Positions 29,869 to 39,959 of a stretch of 64,000 bases of DNA are shown piece after piece. The notes under the pieces were generated by a model that saw only the letters and a program-made list of their open reading frames with translations, was not told where the DNA came from and ran no database searches. Numbering within the stretch: position 1 is the stretch's first letter; each line of letters starts with the position of its first letter. The translations under genes and the position numbers were made by a program. This DNA comes from Nitrospinales bacterium (GTDB taxonomy: Bacteria > Nitrospinota > Nitrospinia > Nitrospinales > VA-1), in the NCBI GenBank assembly GCA_965262115.1, contig OZ253496.1, positions 896,001 to 960,000 of the forward strand, read 5' to 3'.

Positions 29869-30192
29869 CTATAGTCCGCCATCATTTCCTCCCGCGTTGC
29901 GGGCCCATTCGGCGAATTGCTCTTCATCTTCGAGGATTTCTTCCGGGACCTCATAATAGTTTTTTAAAGTCTGTTTGGCGGAGGGCTTGAACGGTTCCAT
30001 ACCTCTCTCCTTATAAGATTCGACGGTGGCGGCATTGGTTTTGAAATAAACACAGCCGTCGGCAATGATACCGAAAAATATTCCGTTGCAATACAACCCG
30101 AATCCGCCAAACATGTGTTTGCGCTCCACACCGTTCAGGCGGTGGAGTTGATCCAGAACATATTCTTTGAATTCGTTCTTTTTGGAGTTCAC
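29869..30192 (-). CDS. TfoX N-terminal domain protein
   Basis: MFGGFGLY, VYFK, YYEVP; probable GTG start at 30192. Confidence 0.85.
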   Translation of the reverse strand: MNSKKNEFKEYVLDQLHRLNGVERKHMFGGFGLYCNGIFFGIIADGCVYFKTNAATVESYKERGMEPFKPSAKQTLKNYYEVPEEILEDEEQFAEWARNAGGNDGGL

Positions 30193-30206
30193 TGCATAGC
30201 GTTGAA

Positions 30207-31343
30207 TTATTCCACCGAATATACCCTGCCCCGCCATTCAGTACGGGAAAAAACCAGAATCTGAATCATGGAGTTTATCATGATGGCCGCCATCACCACA
30301 GCCCCTATCGGGAACAGGCAGGCGTTTATGCGGTTCAATCCTAACTCATCACAAGTTTTTATCGTTGCGGCGGAAACCATGCTGACTCCGAACAGGGAGA
30401 GCCCTATCCAGATCCCTCCGGTCCCTGCCACCACATTCCACCCCAGCACCAAGTAGGGCGTCAGCAAAAATGCCTCGACCATGAAAACATAATAAAGCGC
30501 ACGAACGACCGAGCGTTTCATGGCCAGGAACATATTCTTTCGCCAGCCGGTCCAGATTTCTCGGAAGCCATAATACATGCGGATGGAAAACAAGCGCTTG
30601 GCATCGGCAACCATTAGATTGAATCCGGCCTTCTTCAACCGTTTGGCGATCAACACATCTTCCAGCACATCGGCCTTGCCGCCCTCGTGCCCGCCGATGG
30701 CTTCGTAGGCAGAGCGTTTGAACATCAGGAACACTCCTAATCCCATCGCACTTTTGTGATCCGGACTGTTCACTTTTCTAAAGCGTGTGAGGGATGCGAT
30801 GAAACCAAAGATGGTTGGTTGCACCGCTCTTTCCCAGAACGAACCGAACTCTGCCCGAGGCATCATAGTCAGAGCATCCAGATTGCGTTCCCGTAGGGTG
30901 AAAACAGCGGTGCGCAACGCACTGGGCTCAAAAACAGGGTCCGCATCCGTGAACAAAAGAATTTCTCCTTTGGCCTTTTGAAAAGCCTGATGCAGGGCAA
31001 AGGGTTTTCCCAGCCAGCCTTTGGGCAAATCTTCTCCGTCCAATGCGATCAAACGGGAATTGTTTCGCGCCAGTTCTTGAATCAACTCCCCGGTGCGATC
31101 TGTGGAATGGTCGTTGACCACGATCACTTCAAACCGGGGGTAGTGCTGTTTTAAGAGGGACTCCAGGCAAGCCCGGATTCCCCGCTCTTCATCTCTGGAG
31201 GGAACACAGACTGAAACCATAGGCGGGTCATCCATCTCGTGTAAAATCGGTTCAAGGCGAACCAGATGAATAATATTCACCGTCAGGTAAACGATCACCG
31301 CGACAATTAAAAACAGTTGAAAAGATGTCAGTATTTGTAGCAA
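30207..31343 (-). CDS. Membrane GT2 glycosyltransferase (CrtQ/HpnB-like)
   Basis: VNDHSTD, GWLGKP, FTDAD, LED; TTG 31343 after AAAGGA. Confidence 0.85.
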   Translation of the reverse strand: MLQILTSFQLFLIVAVIVYLTVNIIHLVRLEPILHEMDDPPMVSVCVPSRDEERGIRACLESLLKQHYPRFEVIVVNDHSTDRTGELIQELARNNSRLIALDGEDLPKGWLGKPFALHQAFQKAKGEILLFTDADPVFEPSALRTAVFTLRERNLDALTMMPRAEFGSFWERAVQPTIFGFIASLTRFRKVNSPDHKSAMGLGVFLMFKRSAYEAIGGHEGGKADVLEDVLIAKRLKKAGFNLMVADAKRLFSIRMYYGFREIWTGWRKNMFLAMKRSVVRALYYVFMVEAFLLTPYLVLGWNVVAGTGGIWIGLSLFGVSMVSAATIKTCDELGLNRINACLFPIGAVVMAAIMINSMIQILVFSRTEWRGRVYSVE

Positions 31344-31481
31344 GAGAATTTCCTTTCGAGAGAAAAGAAAAATCGGATCAAGTCCGAATAATTTGTTATG
31401 CTTAAGAAAGATGGCCGCATAGAAGACCAACAAAGCTTAACATATTGCTCCTTGCTCCGCTCACTAGTAACTCCGAACACC

Positions 31482-31934
31482 ATGATAAAAACTCTCATAT
31501 CTATTTTTCTATTTAGCTTGATCTTTTTTTTCGTTGGGGCAAGCTCCGCGATGGCTCTTTGCATCAAAAACGAGAAAGCCAATTTAAGAAAGGGGCCCGG
31601 CACCAAGCACGAAAAACTCTGGCAGGTGTACCAATACATGCCCTTCAAACTTTTATCGACCAAAGGTAACTGGAAACAGGTAGAAGATTTGGACGGAGAC
31701 ACCTACTGGGTCCATGCTCCGCTCACCACCCAGAAATATAAGTGCGCCGCCATCAAAAATAACCAGACCAACCTCAGAAAAGGACCCGGCACAGAACATC
31801 CCAAAGTGAAATGGGCACCTGTGGACAAATATTTTTCCATGAAAGTCCTCAAAATCGAGAACAACTGGGTGCACGTCAAAGACGCTTCAGGCGATAAGGC
31901 CTGGATTTATCGTCCTCTTGTGTGGATTCAGTAA
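31482..31934 (+). CDS. Exported tandem bacterial SH3 domain protein
   Basis: Signal peptide and two NLRKGPGT...W..V...G...W repeats. Confidence 0.85.
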   Translation: MIKTLISIFLFSLIFFFVGASSAMALCIKNEKANLRKGPGTKHEKLWQVYQYMPFKLLSTKGNWKQVEDLDGDTYWVHAPLTTQKYKCAAIKNNQTNLRKGPGTEHPKVKWAPVDKYFSMKVLKIENNWVHVKDASGDKAWIYRPLVWIQ

Positions 31935-32105
31935 CCCCCCCCATTTTCCCTTTCCACCCCCATTAAAATCAGACTTCCCACACCCTTCTATATTAACTGC
32001 AGAAAAAGCTTTATTTCATTGCCGATCAATATAATAATCAGACTTAAACTAAAATTTTAATTGGGATGCCTTTTTATTGCACCTCAAGCCTGATTGGAGT
32101 CAGCC

Positions 32106-33611
32106 ATGACCACTGCAACCGCACCGCTTTCAGCGGTACAAGAATTCCTCGCCTCACCACAAAAACTATTGATCGATGGCAAGCGCGTCGACGCCGCCAA
32201 CGGAGAAACTTTTGAAGTTCTGGACCCTTCTGACAACTCTGTCCTGACCCGCGTTCCCAAAGGTGAAAAGGAGGATATTGACCGGGCCGTTAAAGCGGCG
32301 CGAAACGCCTTTGATAACGGACCCTGGAGGAAAATAACCGTTTCGGAACGGGGCAAGCTAATCTGGAAACTGGCCGACCTGATCGAACAGCGGAGCGAAG
32401 AATTCGCGCAACTGGAAACTCTCGATAATGGAAAACCGCTTTCCATCGCCCGTGCCGCCGATGTGCCTCTTACTGTAGATCACTTCCGCTATTACGCCGG
32501 AATGACGACCAAAATACATGGCGAAACGATTGACATCTCCGTTCCCTATGCGCCGGGTGCCGAGTTTCTCGATTTCACTTTACGCGAACCTATGGGCGTG
32601 GTCGGACAGATCATCCCCTGGAACTTCCCCCTGCTCATGGCCACCTGGAAACTGGGCGTGGCTCTGGCAGCAGGCAATTGTGTGATCTTGAAACCGGCGG
32701 AACAGACACCCCTATCCGCCTTGTATCTCGCTGGCCTGTTTGCCGAAGCGGGTTTCCCCGATGGAGTGGTCAATATCATCACTGGATTCGGCGATGCGGG
32801 AGAAGCCCTCGCCAGCCATGAAAATGTCGACAAGGTCGCCTTCACCGGAAGCACCGAGGTAGGACATGAAATTGTCAAAGCCTCTGCCGGAAATTTAAAA
32901 CGGGTTTCGCTGGAGTTGGGCGGCAAGTCGCCCAGCATTGTGTTCCCCGATGCCGACCTGGAAATGGCCGTCCAGGGAGTAGCGGACGCCATCTTTTTCA
33001 ACCATGGACAATGTTGCGCCGCGGGTTCACGCCTCCTGGTGCATGAAAATATTTATGAGGATCTAATCGGACGCGTTGCCGAGCTGGCAAATAACATCAA
33101 AGTCGGGCCGGGCATGTGCTCCGACACCGATATGGGCCCGCTGGTTTCACGGGAGCAACAGGAACGGGTATTGGACTACATCCGCTCCGGAGAGCAGCAA
33201 GGCGCCAAAACCCGTGCCGGTGGCAACGCTCTAAAGGGAATGGAATCGGGATGCTATGTTCAACCCACAGTTTTTGAAAATGTGAAACCGGAAATGAAAA
33301 TCGTGGCGGAAGAAATCTTCGGACCTGTCGTGGTGGCGGCACCCTTTGAAGACCTCGATGCTGTCATCGCTCGCGGCAACGATACACCTTATGGCCTCGC
33401 CGCCAGTGTGTGGACTAAAGACATCAACAAGGCACACAAAGTCGCAAAGGGACTTAAGGCCGGCACTGTGTGGGTGAACTGCCACAATATTTTTGACGCG
33501 GCAGCACCTTTCGGAGGCTACAAACATAGTGGGTTCGGAAGAGAAATGGGTATACACGCTCTGGAAAACTACACCCAAGTCAAAAACGTCATCCTCCAAC
33601 TCCACCACTAA
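32106..33611 (+). CDS. NAD-dependent aldehyde dehydrogenase
   Basis: IPWNFP, FTGST, LELGGKS, GQCC, EEIFGP. Confidence 0.95.
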   Translation: MTTATAPLSAVQEFLASPQKLLIDGKRVDAANGETFEVLDPSDNSVLTRVPKGEKEDIDRAVKAARNAFDNGPWRKITVSERGKLIWKLADLIEQRSEEFAQLETLDNGKPLSIARAADVPLTVDHFRYYAGMTTKIHGETIDISVPYAPGAEFLDFTLREPMGVVGQIIPWNFPLLMATWKLGVALAAGNCVILKPAEQTPLSALYLAGLFAEAGFPDGVVNIITGFGDAGEALASHENVDKVAFTGSTEVGHEIVKASAGNLKRVSLELGGKSPSIVFPDADLEMAVQGVADAIFFNHGQCCAAGSRLLVHENIYEDLIGRVAELANNIKVGPGMCSDTDMGPLVSREQQERVLDYIRSGEQQGAKTRAGGNALKGMESGCYVQPTVFENVKPEMKIVAEEIFGPVVVAAPFEDLDAVIARGNDTPYGLAASVWTKDINKAHKVAKGLKAGTVWVNCHNIFDAAAPFGGYKHSGFGREMGIHALENYTQVKNVILQLHH

Positions 33612-33770
33612 GCCCGGCCAGCGGCCGGTAGGCGTAATATTCTTCCTCATCTGTGATGTTCTCTCTTCCTTGAACTTCATGCACGGCACGGGTACTTCGT
33701 GCCCTGAAAGGGTAAACTGGCAATACCCCGTTAAGCCGAGATAAGATTTGCTCGCCAAATAAAGTTATTG

Positions 33771-35192
33771 CTAGTTGGCCTCACGCCCAGTGGCGGGGAT
33801 GCGGATTTTGAAGCGGCTGCCCACACCCAGTTTGCTCTCGACTTCGATTGTTCCTTTATGAGCTTCGACAATATGCCTGCAGATGCTGAGCCCCAAGCCA
33901 CTGCCCCCTTCATCGCGTGACCGGGCTTTATCCACCCGGTAGAACCTATCAAAGATGGATGGCAGGTTTTTTTCTGGTATTCCGATGCCAGTATCTTGTA
34001 TCGACAACAAGGCAAACCCTGCTCCCTCCTGCAGAGAAACTTTCAACTCGCCGCCCGGTTGCGTGTATTTAATCCCATTGTGCAGAACATTCCAAACCAT
34101 TTGCCGGAGCCGCACCTCATCCCCATTGATTTTCACCGGCTCCAGAAACGCAATGACGATGGAGATATCTTTTTCACCGGCCAACACTTCGGCATGTTTG
34201 CATACTTCCTCTACCAGATCTCTCAAGTCCATCGCCTTGCAGTTGAGGAGAATATGGTTTTCGTCGGACTTGGAGAGGACAAACAAGTCTTCCAGCACTT
34301 TGGACATATAGTTGATCTCTTCTAGGTTACTGGCGATCACCTCCTGGTACTCTTTCGGTTCACGAGGTTTACTCAGCACCCATTCATTTTGCCCCTGTAA
34401 AACCGTCAACGGAGTCCTCAACTCATGCGAAGCATCACTGCTGAATTGCCGCATCTGAGCGAAAGAGTTTTCCAGCCGATCCATCATTTCATTAAAGGTC
34501 AGGGCCAGCTGGCCCAACTCATCCTTGACTTTTAGCACGGGAATGCGCTGGCTCAACTCCTGCCCCTGCCCGATATACCGGGCGGTCTGAATGATTTTGG
34601 ATATAGGTTTCAAAGCACGCCGGGCCAGAAATCGAGCGAACAGCGTAGCCAGAACAAGTACCGAGGGAACGGCGGTGAACAAGAATATTCTCAGGTTCTT
34701 CAGAGTCTCCCGCACCGCCTCCAATGAAGTCCCTACCTGAACCAGGTTGACCAGTTTTTTTTCCCGAATGATAGGCATGGTGATCACCCTAATGGGGTGA
34801 TTGCCATCCACAAGAAATGTTTCGTAGGAATTTTTACCCTCAAGGGCATCGGCATAGGCAGTTTGTGATAATGAGAACTTGGAGGCATCAATATTGTTAG
34901 ATCGCGACCCAACATTGCCGGAGCCATCATAGATTCTGTAAAACTTGTTGAGATTACTAGTTCCCATGAATCGCTCGAAAAGCTGGTCAAGTCCGGGCAA
35001 TGGTGAACGGTTGAATTTCATCACTGCCGAGGTAGCAACAACGGTGGCCGAAACCGTCAAGGAATTATCGACACTTTCATAAAGACGTTTAGAAAGAAAA
35101 TAATTTAGAAAAACACTGAATAGGATGAGGATGATGCCCAGTAACAGGATATACCAGGCCGTCAACCTGGACCGAATGGATTTGAAAGCCAT
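33771..35192 (-). CDS. Heavy-metal-sensor-type (CusS/CzcS-like) histidine kinase with HAMP
   Basis: Two TMs, DELGQLA HAMP, FSSDASHELRTP, FYRVDKARSR, GLGLSI. Confidence 0.92.
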   Translation of the reverse strand: MAFKSIRSRLTAWYILLLGIILILFSVFLNYFLSKRLYESVDNSLTVSATVVATSAVMKFNRSPLPGLDQLFERFMGTSNLNKFYRIYDGSGNVGSRSNNIDASKFSLSQTAYADALEGKNSYETFLVDGNHPIRVITMPIIREKKLVNLVQVGTSLEAVRETLKNLRIFLFTAVPSVLVLATLFARFLARRALKPISKIIQTARYIGQGQELSQRIPVLKVKDELGQLALTFNEMMDRLENSFAQMRQFSSDASHELRTPLTVLQGQNEWVLSKPREPKEYQEVIASNLEEINYMSKVLEDLFVLSKSDENHILLNCKAMDLRDLVEEVCKHAEVLAGEKDISIVIAFLEPVKINGDEVRLRQMVWNVLHNGIKYTQPGGELKVSLQEGAGFALLSIQDTGIGIPEKNLPSIFDRFYRVDKARSRDEGGSGLGLSICRHIVEAHKGTIEVESKLGVGSRFKIRIPATGREAN

Positions 35193-35194
35193 AG

Positions 35195-35863
35195 CTATTC
35201 TTTCATAATGTATCCAACGCCCCGGAGGGTATGCAAAAGCTTTTGGGAATAGTTTTTATCGATTTTCTTTCTTAAATGATTGACGTAAACATCGATCACG
35301 TTGGTGAAGGTATCAAAATTATAATCCCAGACATGCTCGGCGATCATTGTTCTCGTCAGCACCTTGCCCTGATTCCGCAAGCAATATTCAAGCAAGCTGT
35401 ATTCTTTCCCGGTAAGTTCAATTTCCTGCTTTTCACGTTTCACTTTGTGACTGACCATATCCAGTGTCAGGTCGGCGATCTCCAGTGTCGTCCGGGCTTC
35501 GGCTTTTCCTCTGCGGAGCAGGACGCGTATCCTGGCCAAAAGTTCCGAAAATGCGAAAGGCTTGGTCAGATAATCATCGGCCCCTTTATTAAGGCCGGTC
35601 ACTTTGTCTTCTACGGAATCTTTAGCGGTGAGAAGAAGAATGGGGGTTTCGATCTTTCGGTCTCTCAAGGTGGATAAAACTTCCAGCCCGTCAATTTTTG
35701 GGAGCATGAGGTCCAGAATAATCAGGTCATACTGATTCTGCTCTCCGAGAAGCAGGCCCTCTTCCCCATCGGGCGCGACATCTACAGCGTATGTTTCCTC
35801 TTCAAGGCCTTTTTTAATGAAACCGGAAACTTTTTTCTCGTCTTCTACAATCAATATACGCAT
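35195..35863 (-). CDS. OmpR-family response regulator (CusR/CzcR-like)
   Basis: MRILIVEDE, KPFAFSELLAR, VWDYNFDTFTNVIDVY, LRGVGY. Confidence 0.93.
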   Translation of the reverse strand: MRILIVEDEKKVSGFIKKGLEEETYAVDVAPDGEEGLLLGEQNQYDLIILDLMLPKIDGLEVLSTLRDRKIETPILLLTAKDSVEDKVTGLNKGADDYLTKPFAFSELLARIRVLLRRGKAEARTTLEIADLTLDMVSHKVKREKQEIELTGKEYSLLEYCLRNQGKVLTRTMIAEHVWDYNFDTFTNVIDVYVNHLRKKIDKNYSQKLLHTLRGVGYIMKE

Positions 35864-36070
35864 TTAGCCATCCCATTTTTTTTGCACTTTATGAAGCTCT
35901 ATCTCTCCTTTCAACATTTCAACATGTTTTTCACAATCTTTTTGGATCGCAGAATACATGGCCCGGCAACTTTCATCATTGGCATCAATCATGGCCTGCT
36001 TGCATATTTTCACCGCCTCATGGGAGGCTTCCAAGGCTTTTAAAATATTGTCGTTGAACTTTTTACTCAT
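35864..36070 (-). CDS. Small helical-hairpin protein, 68 aa, half-ferritin-like
   Basis: Stop abuts the regulator start; contains DCEKH (ExxH) and 3 Cys. Confidence 0.7.
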   Translation of the reverse strand: MSKKFNDNILKALEASHEAVKICKQAMIDANDESCRAMYSAIQKDCEKHVEMLKGEIELHKVQKKWDG

Positions 36071-36150
36071 TTTTGACCCTTAATTATTCCGATCCCCATT
36101 CTATCATTAATTCTCTGCTGTTAAAGGGCTAATCCCACTAGCCGTGGGCC

Positions 36151-36313
36151 TGTGAAACCCCTTCCACAAATTTCATGCCCCGGGGGGTACAATGTGCAAT
36201 GACATTTATGAACAAGCAAAAAGTTGTCTCGGCTTAATGGGGTCTTATCCCATCCCCATAAGCCGAGAAAAAATTTGTCGACAATAAACAGCTATTGCTC
36301 ATTACCACCGGGC
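36151..36313. repeat. MITE-like long imperfect palindrome, most complete copy of a dispersed repeat family
   Basis: GCAATGAC...TCTCGGCTT (36196-36235) faces AAGCCGAGA...CTATTGC (36260-36298). Confidence 0.7.
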
Positions 36314-36325
36314 GTTGCCCGGTTC

Positions 36326-36565
36326 CTAGCGGTCGGCCAGTTCCCGCTCGAAAAGAAGCTTTACTAAAATGATTCCCAACGCCGCCCCGATAACAGGTAG
36401 AGCGTTGATCAATTCAAGCAGGTATTTTCCCATAAATCCGAAGTTCTCGATCAGGTAATGGGCAAACTTCACACCGGACTGATCCAGCCAGTAAAAAATA
36501 AGGTTGATGCCCATCCCGCAGACAAACCCGATAAAAGCCCCAAAACCATAATATGCGTATTTCAT
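36326..36565 (-). CDS. Small two-TM membrane protein
   Basis: Two Gly-rich hydrophobic segments. Confidence 0.7.
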   Translation of the reverse strand: MKYAYYGFGAFIGFVCGMGINLIFYWLDQSGVKFAHYLIENFGFMGKYLLELINALPVIGAALGIILVKLLFERELADR

Positions 36566-36693
36566 GATTGATTTCCACCGATGGAACGCATTGATTCAAC
36601 TGGAAAAGTCTGCAAGACTTGGATTATGATGTTAAAAACACTATGCCATATTATACATACCTTGGTTCCATTTTATAATCATTAGGAAATGAA

Positions 36694-37434
36694 ATGCGGC
36701 TCGCAAACAAAACGGCCATCATCACCGGCGGTGGATCGGGAATAGGCCAAGCCTGTGCATGGGCTTTCTACCAGGAAGGCGCTAATGTGGTTTTATTTGG
36801 TCGAAGAGAAGACAAACTAAAAGAAACAGCCCAGGAACTAGGTTCCCGGGCCATGACGGTCCAGGGAGATATGACCCAAAGCAAAGACCTCGACCGGCTG
36901 GTCCAGGAAACCCAAAGCAAGTTCCATCGCATCGACATACTGGTCAACAATGCCGGTCTTTTCAAAGGTGCTCCTCTGCACGAAATTTCTGATGAACAGT
37001 ACGATGAAATGATGGACATCAATATGAGAGCGGTGTTCCAATTGACCCGCAAGGTGCTCCCAGTGATGATGGAACAAAAAGGTGGGAGCATCATCCATAT
37101 CAGTTCCATCCTCGGCATCATCGCCGTGCCTCAGGTGGCGGCTTATAATATTTCCAAAGGAGCCCTGATTCAACTGAGCCGGTCCATCGCTGTGGAATAC
37201 GGCAGTTATGGCATCCGCTCCAACGCCATTTGTCCCGGCCTGATAGAAACCGACATGACCGCCGACCTTATGAAGGACGAGGCGTTGATGCAGGAATGGA
37301 GTAAGGATTACCCGATAGGTCGGTTCGGAAAACCTGAGGATGTGGCCGATGCCTGCCTTTTTTTAGCCAGCGATGAATCCTCCTTTATAACCGGCACGGT
37401 TCTTCCGGTGGATGGCGGTTTCACAGCCCACTAG
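36694..37434 (+). CDS. Short-chain dehydrogenase/reductase
   Basis: TGGGSGIG, NNAG, YNISK, VDGG. Confidence 0.95.
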   Translation: MRLANKTAIITGGGSGIGQACAWAFYQEGANVVLFGRREDKLKETAQELGSRAMTVQGDMTQSKDLDRLVQETQSKFHRIDILVNNAGLFKGAPLHEISDEQYDEMMDINMRAVFQLTRKVLPVMMEQKGGSIIHISSILGIIAVPQVAAYNISKGALIQLSRSIAVEYGSYGIRSNAICPGLIETDMTADLMKDEALMQEWSKDYPIGRFGKPEDVADACLFLASDESSFITGTVLPVDGGFTAH

Positions 37435-37533
37435 CCCCTTCGCAGGGGAGGCGACTAGCAATAATGTATGAGCAAGCAAAAATCTTTCTCGGCCCAATAA
37501 AACCATTAGTCATGTCCTGTGGCGGTTCGCCAC

Positions 37534-37829
37534 CCACTCGCCGTGGGGGCAAATAGCAATGGCTCATAGAGCCGAGATATAATTGATACCAGAAAACAGC
37601 CATTGCAAGTCACCGGCGGAGGTTCTCCGTCCACTCGCCGTGGGGGCAAATAGCAATGGCTCATAGAGCCGGGAGCATAATTGATACCAGAAAACAGCCA
37701 TTGCAAGTCACCGACTGAGGTTCTCCGCCCACTCGCCGTGGGGGCAAATAGCAATGGCTCATAGAGCCGGGAGCATAATTGATACCAGAAAACAGCCATT
37801 GCAAGTCACCGACTGAGGTTCTCCGCCCA
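37534..37829. repeat. Tandem array of three 97-98 bp units
   Basis: Units start at 37534, 37631 and 37729; each has CCACTCGCCGTGGG and the inverted repeat GCAATGGCT...AGCCATTGC. Confidence 0.93.
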
Positions 37830-37942
37830 TTGAGGACAGTGCTTGACGGAACCCCTGCAGATGATTAAAATCAGAGCCACTTGAAAAATCTCAACATACA
37901 CCGACCTTGTCACGCGAAAGGCTTGAGGATACGGATTCATTT

Positions 37943-39379
37943 ATGAAGTACGAGACTGTTATTGGGCTGGAAGTTCACGTCCAAATTAAAACCAAAACGA
38001 AAATATTCTGTTCCTGCTCCACCGAATTCGGCAAACCCCCGAACGCGAATACCTGTCCGATTTGTCTGGGAATGCCCGGAGTTCTTCCCGTTTTGAATAA
38101 ACGTTTTCTAGATGCCGCCATGAAGGCCTGCCTGGCGACTCATTGCACAATTGAACCAATGAACCGTTTTGCAAGGAAAAACTATTTTTATCCCGACCTT
38201 CCCAAAGGCTACCAGATCTCCCAATTCGAACTCCCTTTGGGAACGAACGGATTCATCAACATCAATGTAAACGGCACTAAGAAAAGGATCGGATTGACCC
38301 GCATTCATATGGAAGAAGATGCGGGAAAACTGATCCATGGGGAAAATCTGGGAAGTCCGGGGAAAAGCTATGTCGACTTTAATCGAACCGGGGTCCCACT
38401 ATGTGAAGTGGTCAGCGAGCCCGACCTGCGCTCGCCGGAAGAAGCCCGGGCCTACCTCACCGAGTTGAAAGCCATTCTGGAATACACCGAAGTCAGCGAT
38501 TGTAATATGGAAGAAGGAAGCCTGCGCTGTGACGCCAACGTCTCCATTCGTCCCGTTGGGCAAAAAGAGTTAGGAACCCGTGCAGAGTTGAAAAACCTCA
38601 ACTCCTTCAAATTCGTTCAGAAGGCTATTGAGTATGAAGTGGAACGGCAAACGAAGATTTTGGATCAGGGAGAGAGTGTAAAACAGGAAACCCGGCTTTA
38701 TGATTCGGACCGGGGCGAGACCTTCTCCATGCGAAGCAAAGAAGAAGCGCACGATTATCGTTATTTTCCCGAGCCGGACCTGGTTCCCATAGTTATCGAT
38801 GACGCATGGGTGGAAAAAATTCGCAAAACAATTCCCGAACTCCCCGAACAGAAACGCAAGCGTTTTACCAGCAGTTATAAAATCCCCGAATACGACGCCG
38901 GGGTTTTGACCTCCTCGAAGCCTCTGGCAGATTATTTCGAGCAGTGTGCAGCCCAGTTTCCGCAACCTAAAATTATCAGCAACTGGGTAATGGGAGACTT
39001 GTTGCGGGAATTGAAAAAGGATGGCAGGAGCATTAAAGAGTGCCCAGTTTCGCCCTCCGCACTGGTGAACCTGCTCAAACTGATCGATTCTGGAACGATC
39101 AGCGGTAATATCGCCAAAGGGGTTTTTGAAGAAATGTATCAAACGCAAAAACCGGCCGACCGTATCGTTGAGGAAAAGGGACTGAAACAAATCACCGATA
39201 GTTCTGCCATAGAAAAAATTGTCGATGAAATAATTCAAGCCAACCCCAGCCAGGTGGAGGAGTTCAAGGGCGGCAAAGAAAAAGTACTCGGTTTTCTGGT
39301 CGGTCAAATCATGAAGGCGAGCAAAGGCAAAGCCAACCCGGGCATGGTCAACAAATTACTGAAAGAAAAAATAGGGTGA
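37943..39379 (+). CDS. gatB: Asp/Glu-tRNA amidotransferase subunit B
   Basis: [43 protein letters not shown]. Confidence 0.97.
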   Translation: MKYETVIGLEVHVQIKTKTKIFCSCSTEFGKPPNANTCPICLGMPGVLPVLNKRFLDAAMKACLATHCTIEPMNRFARKNYFYPDLPKGYQISQFELPLGTNGFININVNGTKKRIGLTRIHMEEDAGKLIHGENLGSPGKSYVDFNRTGVPLCEVVSEPDLRSPEEARAYLTELKAILEYTEVSDCNMEEGSLRCDANVSIRPVGQKELGTRAELKNLNSFKFVQKAIEYEVERQTKILDQGESVKQETRLYDSDRGETFSMRSKEEAHDYRYFPEPDLVPIVIDDAWVEKIRKTIPELPEQKRKRFTSSYKIPEYDAGVLTSSKPLADYFEQCAAQFPQPKIISNWVMGDLLRELKKDGRSIKECPVSPSALVNLLKLIDSGTISGNIAKGVFEEMYQTQKPADRIVEEKGLKQITDSSAIEKIVDEIIQANPSQVEEFKGGKEKVLGFLVGQIMKASKGKANPGMVNKLLKEKIG

Positions 39380-39927
39380 TGGCACAATCAATCTTCTACC
39401 CATCCAAAATTCTAAATTTGAAACCCGTTTCCTTTGTTGCGTTATTTCTTTTATTGGGAATTCTAAGTTCGAGCGCTCTTGTGGGCCCTGTAGAATCCGA
39501 TGACAAGCGTTATCTGGATCATGGCGACGGCACAATCACCGACACAAAAACCGGACTGATGTGGATGAAAAAAGATTCCTATCTTCATTCCGGCCACTGG
39601 CTCAACTGGCTTGAGGCTCACGAATATATCCGGAAACTCAATGATGAGGGATTTGCCCAATACATTGACTGGCAGTTGCCTTCCACTGAAGAACTGAAAA
39701 CCCTTTACGAACCGGAAAAGGTCAACAGTTCCCAGGCAGGAAAAGAAATGAAAATCCACGCGGACCCAATATTTGAAAAAAATGGGAGCGGCTCCCTGTG
39801 GTCGGCAGAGGAAAATGGGCGCTACAACGCATTTGGAGTGGTCTTCAATACCGGCGCGGTGTTTAACAGCAATAAAAGATCCCGATCTCGAAAGGCCACT
39901 CGGGCCGTTCGAATCAATACGGACTGA
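39376..39927 (+). CDS. DUF1566 (Lcl C-terminal) exported protein
   Basis: [30 protein letters not shown]. Confidence 0.85.
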   Translation: MMAQSIFYPSKILNLKPVSFVALFLLLGILSSSALVGPVESDDKRYLDHGDGTITDTKTGLMWMKKDSYLHSGHWLNWLEAHEYIRKLNDEGFAQYIDWQLPSTEELKTLYEPEKVNSSQAGKEMKIHADPIFEKNGSGSLWSAEENGRYNAFGVVFNTGAVFNSNKRSRSRKATRAVRINTD

Positions 39928-39959
39928 CACAGCTACTTTCTTAAGGCAGAAATTAAAAA

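Noticed and set aside
32002..32028. Sigma-28-like GCCGATCA upstream of the aldehyde dehydrogenase
   Set aside because: The -35 match and spacing are poor.
37421..37799. Track ORFs of 60 and 97 aa on the minus strand
   Set aside because: They are translations of the tandem repeat, with frames shifting between units.
37534..37829. CRISPR array
   Set aside because: Units are near-identical over their whole length with no variable spacers, and no cas genes are in the window.
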